A stretch of DNA of 64,000 nt from Pyrinomonadaceae bacterium. Its GTDB lineage: Bacteria > Acidobacteriota > Blastocatellia > Pyrinomonadales > Pyrinomonadaceae. The notes beneath the pieces are model-generated. The model ran no database searches. It worked only from the letters and a program-made list of their open reading frames with translations, and was not told the DNA's origin. Within the stretch, counting starts at the first letter, position 1, and every line of letters begins with the position of its first letter. A program made the position numbers and the translations under genes. Shown here piece by piece: positions 48,448 through 59,164 of this stretch. The stretch covers positions 246 to 64,245 of the forward strand of contig DATGYM010000411.1 of NCBI GenBank assembly GCA_035297925.1, in the 5' to 3' direction.

Positions 48448-49065
48448 ATGAAATTTAATAAAGTGTTTCCCTCGAGTCTCGCGGCCTTGGCGTTGGTGCT
48501 GACTTTATCGGTGCTGTCTTTCGCTAAAGGAAACGAAAGCAATTTTCCTAACATTAAGATCAAGAACTTTGGACAGATGGACGATCGTTTTTATCGTGGC
48601 GCGAGGCCAAAAGAGGAAGACTACAAAGCTCTGGCTGCCCTCGGGATCAAGACCGTCATTGATTTGACAGACAACTCCAGGGCATATGAGCAACCGGCAG
48701 TTGAGGCTGCCGGCCTGCACTACGTTAACATCCCGCTGGTTGATAAAAGCTACCCCAGCACAGAGCAGGTAGATGCGTTTCTGAAGGTGGTTGACGACCC
48801 GTCGACAGGGAAGTTTTTCGTGCATTGCGCGGGTGGCCGGCATCGCACCGGAATAATGGGTGCCGTATACCGTTTCACTCACGATCATTGGAACTTTGAC
48901 CAGGCATACGCTGAGATGTTGCAGTACGATTTTTATACCAGCAACGGTCATGGAAAACAGAAAGACTTCGTTCAAGACTACTGGCAGCAATTCCAGTCAA
49001 AACAAGCGACAGGGAACACCGTCGCCACCGTTCCGGCAACCGTCATTTCAGTCGGAACGCACTAA
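48448..49065 (+). CDS. Secreted Cys-based (CX5R) tyrosine/dual-specificity phosphatase family protein
   Basis: Signal peptide MKFNKVFPSSLAALALVLTLSVLSFA and the P-loop VHCAGGRHRTG. Confidence 0.8.
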   Translation: MKFNKVFPSSLAALALVLTLSVLSFAKGNESNFPNIKIKNFGQMDDRFYRGARPKEEDYKALAALGIKTVIDLTDNSRAYEQPAVEAAGLHYVNIPLVDKSYPSTEQVDAFLKVVDDPSTGKFFVHCAGGRHRTGIMGAVYRFTHDHWNFDQAYAEMLQYDFYTSNGHGKQKDFVQDYWQQFQSKQATGNTVATVPATVISVGTH

Positions 49066-49091
49066 GCGCTACGCCTGATAACAAATAAAGA

Positions 49092-49120
49092 GGCCGCTCG
49101 AATCGGGCGGCTTTTTTTTT
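49092..49120. terminator. Rho-independent terminator between convergent genes
   Basis: GGCCGC-tcgaatc-GGGCGGC followed by nine T residues; AAATAAAGA precedes it. Confidence 0.8.
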
Positions 49121-49130
49121 GAGATTGAAA

Positions 49131-51287
49131 TCAGACGGTGCAGTGAGTGAATTGGGTTCGCTCGCCAATAAAGTACTTCTGACAGTCGAACGGTTTGTGA
49201 TCGCTTGAGTAGGGAATTGGTGTATATGAGCCGTCAGGCTGCAGCTCGCGTGCTTTAACGTTGTCGCGCAGATAGGCCGCCAGTAATTCATTACGCAAGT
49301 AAAGCTTGAGGGCAGGATCGGAAACGGGGGTGAGCACCTCGATCCGATGCTTCAAATTGCGCGACATCCAATCCGCGCTGCCAATGTAGACTTCCTCTTC
49401 GCCTCCGTTGGCAAAGCAAAAGACACGACTATGCTCGAGAAATCGGCCGATGACATTCCTCACCGTAATGTTCTCTGATAAGCCAGGCACACCCGGACGA
49501 AGCATGCAGATGCCGCGGATAATTAAGTCGATTTTCACTCCGGCCTGAGACGCCTCATACAGTTTTTCAATAATCTGTTTGTCCGCGAGCCGGTTTATCT
49601 TTGCCACAATGCGAGCCGGGCGACCCTGCTCGCTATGAGCAACCTCCCGGTCAATAAGCGCCGTCATTTTTTCCTGCAGGTTCACCGGGGCTATCAACAG
49701 CTTTCTATATTCGATCTGTCGCGAGCAGCCGGTCAGGTAGTTGAACAACTCTGACGCATCAGCGCCGATCTGCTCGTCGGCGGTAAACAATCCGACATCT
49801 GTGTAGGTGCAGGAGGTGGTGGGATTGTAGTTTCCGGAAGCGATATGCATATATCTCCTGAGTGAATCGCCTTCGCGTCGCACCACAAGTGTCAGCTTGC
49901 CGTGTACTTTGAGACCCAGAATTCCATAGACCACGTGGACGCCGGCTTCGTCCAGTTTCCGAGCCCATTCAATATTGTGTTCTTCATCGAAGCGCGCTTT
50001 GAGCTCAATAAGGGCCGTCACCTGCTTGCCCTTCTCGGCGGCGCGTATTAGCGACGGCGGAATAGGCGAATCGGGTCCCGTCCGATACAGGCAGATCTTG
50101 ATGGCCACTACGTCAGGATCATCGACTGCGTCGTTGATGAAATTGGTAACCGTGTCATAAGAGTCGAACGGATGATGGAGTAGTATGTCACGCTCCCTCA
50201 AGACCTCGAAAATTGATTTCTTGTCTCCCCAACCAGGGGCCGTCGGCCAGAAAGGTTCGTCCTTCAAATCAGGTCGATTCAGATCATAGAGCGACAGGAA
50301 GTCCTGCAGATTAAGAGGGCCATCAACTGCGTAAACATCTTCCAGTTCCAGATTGAGCGACTTCGTCAAATACGTCACCATCTCTTCCGGCATACCTGCC
50401 GCGATTTCAAGCCGTACCGGCGTACCAAAGCGTCGCTGCCTCAGTTCCTGTTGAATGAGGCGAAGTAGGTCACTGGCCTCGTCCTCACGAATCTCGATGT
50501 CGGCATCCCGAGTTACGCGAAAGCGATGACAGTCGCCCACGATCATTCCCGGAAAAAGACATTCCTTATTTGCTTCAATCAGTTCTTCCAGCAGCACAAA
50601 CTTCGTCTCCAGTTTCCCAACCGGCACCAGCCGAGGCACAGTGGGAGGAACCTTGATGCGAACGAAACGCGGTTGATGCTTATGTTTGGGGTCCGCGGGC
50701 GAATGCCCGGAGGGTGCTTCCACCATCAATCCAAGGTTCAAGCTAAGTGGAGAAATGTACGGGAAGGGATGGCTCTGATCGACAGCGAGAGGTGTCAAAA
50801 CCGGAAACACTTTTTCCATGAAGTAGGCATTAAGTATTTCGTGTTCTTCCGAACTTAACGAACCATACGGGACAACTTGTATTCCGGCCGCGTCGAGTTG
50901 CGGAAGGATCTCATTCTTAAGGCAACTCGTTTGCTCCTCTATCATCGGGACGATGCGGTTTCTTATTTCATGCAGTTGTTCACTGGGAGTCATCCCGTCC
51001 GGCGACAACTCGGTCACGTTCTCTTCCAATTCTTCTTTCAGGCCCGACACACGGATCATGAAGAACTCATCCAAATTGGAGGAGAAGATGCCGAGAAATT
51101 TTAGCCGCTCAAGCAGAGGGTTACTGGCGTCAAACCCCTCTTCCAAAACCCGCTTGTGAAACTCAAGGAGGCTTAGCTCACGATTGAAGAAAAGTTTGGT
51201 TGCCACCGGGGCGGTGGGCAGCAGGGCCGGAAGTCGGGCAGTTTGTGGCTGAGAATCCGAAAGTTCTGTTTTTAAAGCTGTGGACAT
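49131..51287 (-). CDS. ppk1: Polyphosphate kinase 1
   Basis: FFNRELSLLEFHKRVLEEG N-terminus and two PLD-like regions (VHGKLTLV, LEHSRVFCF); 718 aa. Confidence 0.95.
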   Translation of the reverse strand: MSTALKTELSDSQPQTARLPALLPTAPVATKLFFNRELSLLEFHKRVLEEGFDASNPLLERLKFLGIFSSNLDEFFMIRVSGLKEELEENVTELSPDGMTPSEQLHEIRNRIVPMIEEQTSCLKNEILPQLDAAGIQVVPYGSLSSEEHEILNAYFMEKVFPVLTPLAVDQSHPFPYISPLSLNLGLMVEAPSGHSPADPKHKHQPRFVRIKVPPTVPRLVPVGKLETKFVLLEELIEANKECLFPGMIVGDCHRFRVTRDADIEIREDEASDLLRLIQQELRQRRFGTPVRLEIAAGMPEEMVTYLTKSLNLELEDVYAVDGPLNLQDFLSLYDLNRPDLKDEPFWPTAPGWGDKKSIFEVLRERDILLHHPFDSYDTVTNFINDAVDDPDVVAIKICLYRTGPDSPIPPSLIRAAEKGKQVTALIELKARFDEEHNIEWARKLDEAGVHVVYGILGLKVHGKLTLVVRREGDSLRRYMHIASGNYNPTTSCTYTDVGLFTADEQIGADASELFNYLTGCSRQIEYRKLLIAPVNLQEKMTALIDREVAHSEQGRPARIVAKINRLADKQIIEKLYEASQAGVKIDLIIRGICMLRPGVPGLSENITVRNVIGRFLEHSRVFCFANGGEEEVYIGSADWMSRNLKHRIEVLTPVSDPALKLYLRNELLAAYLRDNVKARELQPDGSYTPIPYSSDHKPFDCQKYFIGERTQFTHCTV

Positions 51288-51831
51288 TACTTTTTTCCTA
51301 TTGATAAAAGGAGATGTAACTTAAGAATGCAAAGGAGACGCTCTTTAAAAACGACGAAGTTTGGTTTAGCAACGACTGTTCCAAAGTGATTTATATGATT
51401 CCCCAGTTATTCCAGGGTTCGCTAACGAACACTTTCTCAAACGAATGATCACATAAGGGCACTGATCTGTATCAAATCAGGTCTCTCAAATAATTGAATC
51501 TCGATCGACTGCTTAAGCCTTAAAGAAGGCGCGAAAGAAGGCGCGCAACTGATTCTTAGACTGGCGCATCTCTATGTTTCCATGCAAGAAATGAGTGGAA
51601 AAGTTTACCATTTTGGCGTCTATTTAGAATGAGCCGTGTTTGACACTCCGGAAAACCGTGTGATAACCTCCGGGCTGAGTTTGGCTTCGCATTTTGAAGG
51701 CATTTTTGGGTCATCCAATACCGAAAATATCGAGAAGCTTAACGCCTCGCAAACAACTGTGGATGCCACGATAGACACCTGGTTTTTGGTCTGAAAGTTA
51801 GCACTAATATCTTTAAGGGGACAAACGACTG

Positions 51832-53556
51832 ATGAGAACGAGCTACCCGACCTTAATAGCGCGATTAACGCTATTCGCGGTACTCGTGTTGCCGGCGGCT
51901 GCTGTTTCCGCCCAAATTCCAACTGGTGGTTCCTCTGCTCGAGACATTCAAACTGAGGTCGAGAAGTCAGCCCCCAGAGTCACTCAGATCATCAAGAGGG
52001 CTGAGGACTCTTTCAGAAAGGGGAAGCTCAATCTCGAAGCGGGCAAGCGTAGCGAGGCCCGAGATGATTTTGATCAAGCGGTGGACGAGATTCTTACTTC
52101 CGGTCTCGACGTCAGAGCAAGTCAGGAACTTCAAACTTATTACCTGGAATTAGTTGAGCGGATCTATCGTGAAGAAGTTCCACTGACTGCGCCGGCGCGA
52201 CAAGGAAATGTGGTTGAATTGGTGGCCCAGAACGGGCCGAGTGCTCCTGTTTCAACTCCAGTACAGCAAATCGGTTTTGTAGATCAGAAATTTGAGCCTT
52301 CTCCGCTTGACGAACTTAGTAAGCTCGTTCTGACTCCCGATGAGCAAAATGTTTCTGCGGACGATGTCCTGGCCCTGGAACAGGCCAAGCAGAATGTAAA
52401 CTTCGCCTTCACCATCAATCCTCTGATTCAACAATACATTAATTACTATCAGGGCCGAGGCCGCAGCACGATGGAGTCCGGCCTGCGTCGCTCGGGTCAG
52501 TATATGAAGATGGCGCGCCAAATCTTCAAGGAAGAAGGTGTGCCGATTGATATCACGTGGTTAGGTCAGGTGGAGAGTGCCTGGAGGCCCAAGGCAGTTT
52601 CGTGGGCAGCCGCTTCCGGCTTATGGCAGTTTGTCCCCAGTACGGGTCGGCAGTTTGGCTTGCGACAGACAGCATGGGTTGACGAGCGAAATAGCTTCGA
52701 ACAAGCCACGCGTGCGTCAGCGAAATATCTGAAGAGTCTGGCTGCGCGGTACAACGGCAATTGGGAACTGGCAATGGCCGCCTATAACACGGGAGCCGGT
52801 AATGTGGACCGTGGAATTGCTCGCGCGGGCACTTCGAATTTCTGGGCGATCTATCCCTACATTGCGCAGGAAACTCGTAACTACGTGCCCAATATCCTGG
52901 CGACGATTCTAATTGCCAAAAATCCGGAAAAGTATGGCTTCAAGGGCATTCGACCTGACTCTCCAATGGCTTACGATGTGGTGCAGGTGTCAAACGCTAC
53001 GAATCTGCAATTAGTTGCCGAAGCCACTGACAGCAGTGTTGATTACATTCGCGCACTTAACCCGGAACTTCGACGAGATGTGACGCCGAGAGGCGAAGCC
53101 TACAACGTTCGCGTTCCAGGCGGAAGAGGAAAGCAGTTTTACGCGCTGCTTAAGCGGATCCCCGCAGAGCGACGCGACTCAGCCCGCATCATTTCCGTTG
53201 TGCCCGGTGAAGATCTTCAGAACGTTGCCAACCGAACCGGAGTTAGTGTCGCACAGCTCCAGTTGTTGAATAGCGGCGTAGACCTGAAGTCGACCAACAA
53301 ACTCGTGGTTCCCAACAGCAACGTGCGCTTAACCCTTTACCGGCGCAAACCAGGTGCGGCAGATTCGACGGCGATAACACTGACCAAGGTCAGAGCCCGC
53401 AAAGGCGATACTATTGCAAGAATCGCGGCCGCCAGGAATCTCGATGCTAACGAGGTCGCGCGCTTGAATGGCGTAACTCCCGAAGTCGAGCTTCGGGCGG
53501 GACAGGAGATCAGACTGCCCGCCACTGCCGCCGCTGCTCCCTCGCGCCGTCGCTAG
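51832..53556 (+). CDS. Lytic transglycosylase (SLT domain, MltD-like) with three C-terminal LysM-like repeats
   Basis: Signal peptide. SLT motifs QVESAWRPKAVSWAAASGLWQFVPSTG and AAYNTGAGNV. The LysM-like segments are near VVQVSNATNLQLVA, SVVPGEDLQNVANRTGV and VRARKGDTIARIAAARNL. Confidence 0.85.
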   Translation: MRTSYPTLIARLTLFAVLVLPAAAVSAQIPTGGSSARDIQTEVEKSAPRVTQIIKRAEDSFRKGKLNLEAGKRSEARDDFDQAVDEILTSGLDVRASQELQTYYLELVERIYREEVPLTAPARQGNVVELVAQNGPSAPVSTPVQQIGFVDQKFEPSPLDELSKLVLTPDEQNVSADDVLALEQAKQNVNFAFTINPLIQQYINYYQGRGRSTMESGLRRSGQYMKMARQIFKEEGVPIDITWLGQVESAWRPKAVSWAAASGLWQFVPSTGRQFGLRQTAWVDERNSFEQATRASAKYLKSLAARYNGNWELAMAAYNTGAGNVDRGIARAGTSNFWAIYPYIAQETRNYVPNILATILIAKNPEKYGFKGIRPDSPMAYDVVQVSNATNLQLVAEATDSSVDYIRALNPELRRDVTPRGEAYNVRVPGGRGKQFYALLKRIPAERRDSARIISVVPGEDLQNVANRTGVSVAQLQLLNSGVDLKSTNKLVVPNSNVRLTLYRRKPGAADSTAITLTKVRARKGDTIARIAAARNLDANEVARLNGVTPEVELRAGQEIRLPATAAAAPSRRR

Positions 53557-53718
53557 GCGTCTGAGTTGAAAATTACAACGCGTCCGTCTCGTTGACACCC
53601 ACAGCGAGAAGTTCTCTTGAGCGCGCTTCCGATGTAGTCGCAAGCGCGCTCAATTCGTATTCACCCACCACCGCTTAGAGCTTTCCACTTCCCGCTGCCT
53701 TGCAGAGGACCCATTCGT

Positions 53719-55284
53719 ATGCTCTTTCGCACGCTCTCCGCGGCTGTCTATGGTATCAATGCAGACCTTGTCGACATCGAAGTCGATCTAACGCCCGTGC
53801 GCGGCGAGGCAGAGGCACCACAGTCGGTAACGATTGTCGGTTTGCCCGATGCTGCAGTGCGCGAATCGCGTGAACGCATTCGCGCCGCAATCACAAACTG
53901 TGGTTTTTTCTTTCCGTTTCAAAGAATCACAATCAATCTAGCGCCTGCCGACGTGCGCAAGGAAGGAGCCAGTTTCGATCTTCCGATTGCGCTCGGCATC
54001 CTGGGCGCGAATGGAGATCTCGCGGCGGACAATAATCTGATTCATACCTTATGTGTCGGTGAGCTTTCGCTTGATGGTCGTGTTCGCCCCATCAAAGGAG
54101 CCCTGCCGATCGCGATTCTCGCGCGCGAGGCAAAAATTAAGCATGTACTCTTGCCCGATGAAAATGCGAAAGAAGCTGCAGTAGTCGCCGGCGTCAACGT
54201 TTATCCGGTTGCCGATCTTCGCAGCGCTGTCGAACTTGTTGCCGCTCTTCGTTCCTCCGATCCGCCTAAGCCATTGGTGATTGACCCGGCCGAAATTCTT
54301 CAGCAGGCGGCGCACTACAGCGTCGACTTTCGCGAAGTTCGTGGCCAACTTTCAGTGAAACGCGCATTGGAAGTTGCGAGTGCTGGATCCCACAACATAC
54401 TTCTGATTGGTCCGCCAGGCTCAGGCAAAACAATGCTGGCGAAACGCATGCCTACAATTCTGCCGCCACTGGAGTTTGAAGCGGCACTCGAACTTACAAA
54501 AATTCACTCAGTAGCGGGCTTGACTGGTCGGGCAGGATTAGTAACCGAGCGCCCTTTTAGATCGCCTCATCACACAATCAGCGACGCTGGCCTGATTGGT
54601 GGCGGCGCGTTGCCGCGGCCTGGGGAAGTGTCGCTCGCCCATCAGGGGGTGTTGTTTCTCGACGAATTGCCGGAGTTTGATCGCAGTGTGCTCGAAGTCT
54701 TAAGACAACCGCTCGAAGATCAGAAAGTTACAATCAGTCGCGCTGCGATGTCGCTTACTTTTCCTGCCTCATTCATGCTTGCGGCCGCGATGAATCCGTG
54801 CCCCTGTGGATTTTGGAATGATCCCACCCGCGAATGTCGTTGCACGCCTTTGCAGATTCAGCGTTATGTCGGTCGCATTTCGGGCCCGCTGTTAGATCGT
54901 ATCGACATTCACATCGATGTCCCTGCAGTTAAGTTTCGCGATCTAACCGGTGAAGCACCGCCCGAGACTGACGACTCGGCAACGATACGCGATCGAGTGA
55001 TCGGGGCAAGGGAACGGCAACGCGGTCGCCTGGTAAAGGAAAGTATTTTCTCCAACGCCGAAATGACACCCCGCATGATTCGTCGCCACTGCGGGATAGA
55101 TTCCGAGAGCGAGCAGATGCTGGAGCGCGCGATGACGCGATTGGGCTTGTCGGCACGCGCGTATGACCGCATCCTGAAAGTCAGCCGCACAATTGCAGAT
55201 TTGGAGGGTTGTCAGGAAATCCGCTCGGCGCACGTGGCCGAAGCGGTGGGCTACCGTTCACTGGATCGCACCTACTGGACCTGA
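53719..55284 (+). CDS. comM: YifB/ComM family Mg-chelatase-like AAA+ ATPase
   Basis: N-terminal Lon-protease-like ChlI region, Walker [26 protein letters not shown] and a C-terminal [16 protein letters not shown]. Confidence 0.93.
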   Translation: MLFRTLSAAVYGINADLVDIEVDLTPVRGEAEAPQSVTIVGLPDAAVRESRERIRAAITNCGFFFPFQRITINLAPADVRKEGASFDLPIALGILGANGDLAADNNLIHTLCVGELSLDGRVRPIKGALPIAILAREAKIKHVLLPDENAKEAAVVAGVNVYPVADLRSAVELVAALRSSDPPKPLVIDPAEILQQAAHYSVDFREVRGQLSVKRALEVASAGSHNILLIGPPGSGKTMLAKRMPTILPPLEFEAALELTKIHSVAGLTGRAGLVTERPFRSPHHTISDAGLIGGGALPRPGEVSLAHQGVLFLDELPEFDRSVLEVLRQPLEDQKVTISRAAMSLTFPASFMLAAAMNPCPCGFWNDPTRECRCTPLQIQRYVGRISGPLLDRIDIHIDVPAVKFRDLTGEAPPETDDSATIRDRVIGARERQRGRLVKESIFSNAEMTPRMIRRHCGIDSESEQMLERAMTRLGLSARAYDRILKVSRTIADLEGCQEIRSAHVAEAVGYRSLDRTYWT

Positions 55285-55365
55285 TGCTTCCGGGGGACTG
55301 GGCAATTCCTGGGATACGCACTTCCCACCGCTCAAAATAGTTTGAATTGCTTATCGTGGACCTCC

Positions 55366-55417
55366 GCTTGTCAGCACAAGCGTATGACCGTATCCTGAAA
55401 GTTAGCCGCACAAATGA
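55366..55417 (+). repeat. Displaced ~52-nt copy of the comM 3' coding segment (matches 55145-55196)
   Basis: GCTTGTCAGCACAAGCGTATGACCGTATCCTGAAAGTTAGCCGCACAAATGA versus the gene's GCTTGTCGGCACGCGCGTATGACCGCATCCTGAAAGTCAGCCGCACAATTGC. It translates to [15 protein letters not shown] against [15 protein letters not shown]. Confidence 0.8.
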
Positions 55418-55725
55418 ACTTTCAAGAAGTTTGCCTTCTCCATAGGATCGTTGCATATTGGCACCCGCCGCGATTCGTGGGGAAAACTGAAGTTACGAAA
55501 GTGCTCTGCGGCTGAGGAAATTCAATATCTTTTGGGTTAGGCAAGGCAACGACGCGCTTAAAGCACCGCATCACACCCGCGTTGAGGGCGACAGTATGAC
55601 CTCGTAAAATTTCTCCGGAAATGCTGAGGAAAACGTCGCCGCTCCCTTTGAAATACGCAGGGCTGGGCGGTGTTGGTGGCGCGGCGCTACAGACTGAGTC
55701 TTTGAACTTGCCCTAATACGAACAC

Positions 55726-56304
55726 GTGACCGCAGCCGAAACCGAGACGCATCCGGAAACGGATTACGCACTGGCTCAGAAGGCGGCTCAAGGCGACATG
55801 GGAGCCTTTGAGGAGCTTTACCAGCGGCATAATCGCCGGGTTTATTCGCTCTGCCTGAGGATGACCAGTAACGTCTCGGAAGCAGAAGACCTCGCACAGG
55901 AAGTCTTCATTCAGCTCTTTAGAAAAATTGGAAGCTTTCGTGGGGAGTCCGCCTTTACCACCTGGCTGCACCGGCTGACTGTTAATCAAGTCTTGATGCA
56001 CTTTCGCAAGCGTGGCGTCAAGATGGAGCAGACAACTGACGATGGCGAAACGCCGATACAGATAGTCAAAGGCACCGAGAATCCGAATGCGATGCCGGTA
56101 GTGGATCGCATAGCTCTCGACAAAGCTATTGCTCAACTGCCTCCCGGGTACCGCACGGTCTTTACCCTACACGATATCGAGGGACACGAACACGAAGAGA
56201 TCGCCCGGATGCTGGGTTGCTCGGTTGGGACTTCCAAGTCGCAATTGCACAAGGCGCGCATGAAATTGCGGGGGCTGCTGAGGCAACAGAAGGCCTCTGA
56301 CTAG
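55726..56304 (+). CDS. ECF RNA polymerase sigma factor (RpoE-like)
   Basis: [38 protein letters not shown] (region 2) and [35 protein letters not shown] (region 4). Confidence 0.9.
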   Translation: MTAAETETHPETDYALAQKAAQGDMGAFEELYQRHNRRVYSLCLRMTSNVSEAEDLAQEVFIQLFRKIGSFRGESAFTTWLHRLTVNQVLMHFRKRGVKMEQTTDDGETPIQIVKGTENPNAMPVVDRIALDKAIAQLPPGYRTVFTLHDIEGHEHEEIARMLGCSVGTSKSQLHKARMKLRGLLRQQKASD

Positions 56305-56473
56305 CTTCCAATATTGCTTGCCGGTTTTCATCCCTGGAAACCACTTGAGGCATAACGCGACGGTCAGAGATAAGCTTTAACGCAGTCTCCCCTTGATTGC
56401 TTGAAAACCAAATTGCCACCGTCGCGGTGGTTGTCACCTGAAGATGGTGACAGGTGTAGAGGTTACAAAGACA

Positions 56474-57181
56474 ATGAACTGCGATAAGTGTCAGGATTTA
56501 ATCAGCGATCTTCTGGATGGGTCTCTCAGTAGCAGAGATCAATCGGTGCTCCAAACGCATCTGGAAGAGTGTCTCGAATGTGCCGGAGTGCGCGACGACC
56601 TGCATTCCATTGTAGGTTTTTGCCAGGCGCATCGGGGTGAATATGAGGCGCCGCCGAACGAAAGAGCGCTGTGGCAGCGCATTCGGAACATCATCGAGTC
56701 CGATGCGAGTTCCGCTGCAGGTTCGGCGCCTGCCGCCCGGCAAAGTATTTGGTCCAATTGGTTGGCGCGCAGTTGGGAACTTTCTTTTCCACAGTTGGCA
56801 GCGTTGGTGGCAGCGATTGTTCTGGTCGTTTCACTCTCGACGGCCGTCGGCTTGTGGCGCTACCAAAGCGGAGACACCGGCACCGCAACAGCAACCGCGG
56901 GAAACACAAAAATGAGTTTGGCAGCTGAGAGCGTTAACGACCGAATTTCTCAACAGCAACAGTTGATCTCTTTTTGGAACCAGCGGGTCGAATACAACAA
57001 GGCTCGCTGGAGTCCGCAGATGCGCGAAACTTTCGATCGCAACTTACAGGTGATTGATCAAGCCGTAAATGAGTCGTTTAATAGTCTAAGCCAGAATCCC
57101 CACGACGAAGTTTCGGAAGAAATGTTGAACGCCGCGCTCAACGAGAAGCTCTCGCTGTTGAAAGAATTTGCGGAGCTATAA
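56474..57181 (+). CDS. Anti-sigma factor (single zf-HC2, one TM)
   Basis: MNCDKCQDLISDLLDGSL...HLEECLECAG and the TM helix LAALVAAIVLVVSLSTAV. The start could also be ATG 56444. Confidence 0.8.
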   Translation: MNCDKCQDLISDLLDGSLSSRDQSVLQTHLEECLECAGVRDDLHSIVGFCQAHRGEYEAPPNERALWQRIRNIIESDASSAAGSAPAARQSIWSNWLARSWELSFPQLAALVAAIVLVVSLSTAVGLWRYQSGDTGTATATAGNTKMSLAAESVNDRISQQQQLISFWNQRVEYNKARWSPQMRETFDRNLQVIDQAVNESFNSLSQNPHDEVSEEMLNAALNEKLSLLKEFAEL

Positions 57182-57255
57182 GTGATTAACTGCTCCCTGA
57201 TGGAATCTAACGATTGTCGATTACAGGAAATAGTTTTTTGCCTGGCCCCACGTTA

Positions 57256-58035
57256 ATGAAAAACCGACTGTTGTTCACGCGAGCGGGAACTCTTCGTATC
57301 CGTTATTCTCAGGCTATCTTGTTTGCGGGTTTTGTTTTTGCCGGCGCACTGTGCGTCAGCACCACCCAGGCCCAACACCATCTGTCCAAGAGATACCCTG
57401 CCGGCAAAAACGTACGTGTGGAGCTCAAAAACATTTCCGGCACCATCATCGTCGAATCCTGGAACCGCGAAGAGATCAAACTTTCAGCTGAGCTCGAGTC
57501 ACCCAAGGCAAGTCTTTCGCCCCGTCAAAGCCGCGATGAATTGATCGTCGATGTCCTCGGTGATAATCGCGGTCGTGGCGATATAGGCAACATCAATTTT
57601 CGCTTACAGGTTCCGGTGAATTCTTCGGTAGATCTGGAAACCAAGCGAGGCAACATCACTGTCAGCAACATTCGCGGCGGACTGGTGCGCGCGCACGTTT
57701 CCTCTGAAGGTGACATTGAACTAACGGGCATCAGCGCGACGCAGGTATTCGCGCAAAATATGATTGGCGACATTTTGTTTGACGGTGAATTCGCGCGCGG
57801 CGGAACTTATCAGTTCCAATCAGGCAAGGGAAATATCAACATTCGCATTCCCGCCAACTCGGCCTTTAACCTGGTGGCCGCGGCGCCAAATAAAAAGATC
57901 GCGTTGGGCGAGTTTTGGAATAATGGCTTCAAGACCATGGGCGACGGCCGCAAAGTTTATGGAGATGTTATTGACGGACGTTCGAAAGTGATTGTCACAA
58001 ACTTTCAGGGCAGCATCACGTTCCTTCGTCGTTGA
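57256..58035 (+). CDS. DUF4097-family beta-strand repeat protein (putative adhesin fold)
   Basis: Signal/anchor segment, then repeated strands: GTIIVESWNREEIKLSAEL, NITVSNIRGGLVRAHVSSEGDIELTGI, GNINIRIPANSAF and GSITF. Confidence 0.7.
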   Translation: MKNRLLFTRAGTLRIRYSQAILFAGFVFAGALCVSTTQAQHHLSKRYPAGKNVRVELKNISGTIIVESWNREEIKLSAELESPKASLSPRQSRDELIVDVLGDNRGRGDIGNINFRLQVPVNSSVDLETKRGNITVSNIRGGLVRAHVSSEGDIELTGISATQVFAQNMIGDILFDGEFARGGTYQFQSGKGNINIRIPANSAFNLVAAAPNKKIALGEFWNNGFKTMGDGRKVYGDVIDGRSKVIVTNFQGSITFLRR

Positions 58036-58185
58036 GGAACGATTACTCCCACGCTTCTCCACGGGCGCTCTGATCGATTGATTGGAGCGCCCGAATTGGT
58101 TTTTGGTGCCCGTGCAAATGATAGTATGGCCCGGTCTCTGCTAACCGATGTTCACAATCGAGCGGCTAAAGGCAACAGATTACTA

Positions 58186-59067
58186 ATGAAATCCTCGTTT
58201 ATACGCTTGCAGGCAATTATCGCTGTGCTCCTGCTGCTCTCAGTGTGCACCGTAGGGCAACAAAGCAAGACTGTCGACGTGAGCCGCACGCCACAAGTTG
58301 TGCGCACGACAATCAGGCATGAGGTCCGCCGGTTCGCTTATGGCGGGACATTGACGGTCATTGGTGCGCCGGCAGGGTCGATAACGATCGAAGGCTGGCC
58401 GCGCAATGAAGTTGACGTAAGCGCGGAGATCCAATTGCGCGCTGACAGTGAAGCCGACTTGGATCTGCTGGCAGCGGTTAACACATTTGTGCTTGATGAA
58501 GATGCAAATCATCTTCAGATTCTGACTACCGGCACCCACGATAAGGCGTTCATGCGTTCGGTGGCGAAAAAGTTTCCCAAAACACTTTTGGGACTACCCT
58601 GGAAAGTTGATTACCGAATCCGCGTGCCCTTTGCCATCGATCTCGAGGTCAACGCCGGTCGCGGGCCAATCAGTATCAGGAGCGTCGAGGGTAATATCCG
58701 GCTCTCCGCGGCCGAAAGCGACGCAAACTTTAAGCTAACTGGAGGGACGCTTTTGGCGCTGGTCGCAATTGGCAAAGTAACACTCCAGATTCCGGCAAAG
58801 AGCTGGCGAGGGGTAGGTGGAGAGCTGCGCCTGGCCGCCGGTGACGTCTCTGTTGAGATTCCAGGTGGTTTCAGCGGAGACTTTGACGCGGAAATCCTGC
58901 GCTCAGGAAAAATCTCAACATCCGTTGAAGGGTTAGAGCCACGCGAGCGAGCGACTCAGACGGCGCAAAAGATCAAGGTTCGCGCCGGTGCCGGCGGCGC
59001 GACCTTCAACCTGATTGTCGGTGACGGAACGATAATTATTAAGAAAATGGAGCTCGGTGCTGAGTAA
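58186..59067 (+). CDS. Second DUF4097-like beta-strand repeat protein
   Basis: Signal peptide MKSSFIRLQAIIAVLLLLSVCTVGQ, then GSITIEGWPRNEVDVSAEIQL, GPISIRSVEGNIRLSAAESD, GDVSVEIPGGFSGDF and DGTIIIKK. Confidence 0.6.
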   Translation: MKSSFIRLQAIIAVLLLLSVCTVGQQSKTVDVSRTPQVVRTTIRHEVRRFAYGGTLTVIGAPAGSITIEGWPRNEVDVSAEIQLRADSEADLDLLAAVNTFVLDEDANHLQILTTGTHDKAFMRSVAKKFPKTLLGLPWKVDYRIRVPFAIDLEVNAGRGPISIRSVEGNIRLSAAESDANFKLTGGTLLALVAIGKVTLQIPAKSWRGVGGELRLAAGDVSVEIPGGFSGDFDAEILRSGKISTSVEGLEPRERATQTAQKIKVRAGAGGATFNLIVGDGTIIIKKMELGAE

Positions 59068-59164
59068 GTGCTGAGCAAGCAGTAAGTACTAAGTACTGGT
59101 GATGAGTGCTTCAGTTCAGCTTGTCACTCGACATCGCTCCCTTGTATTCTCTCGTCTCATTCCA

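Noticed and set aside
59050-59110. Short imperfect tandem words (GCTGAG.AAG, TAAGTAC) at the junction upstream of dcd
   Set aside because: There are only two copies of each word, spanning a stop codon region. This is likely a chance low-complexity stretch.
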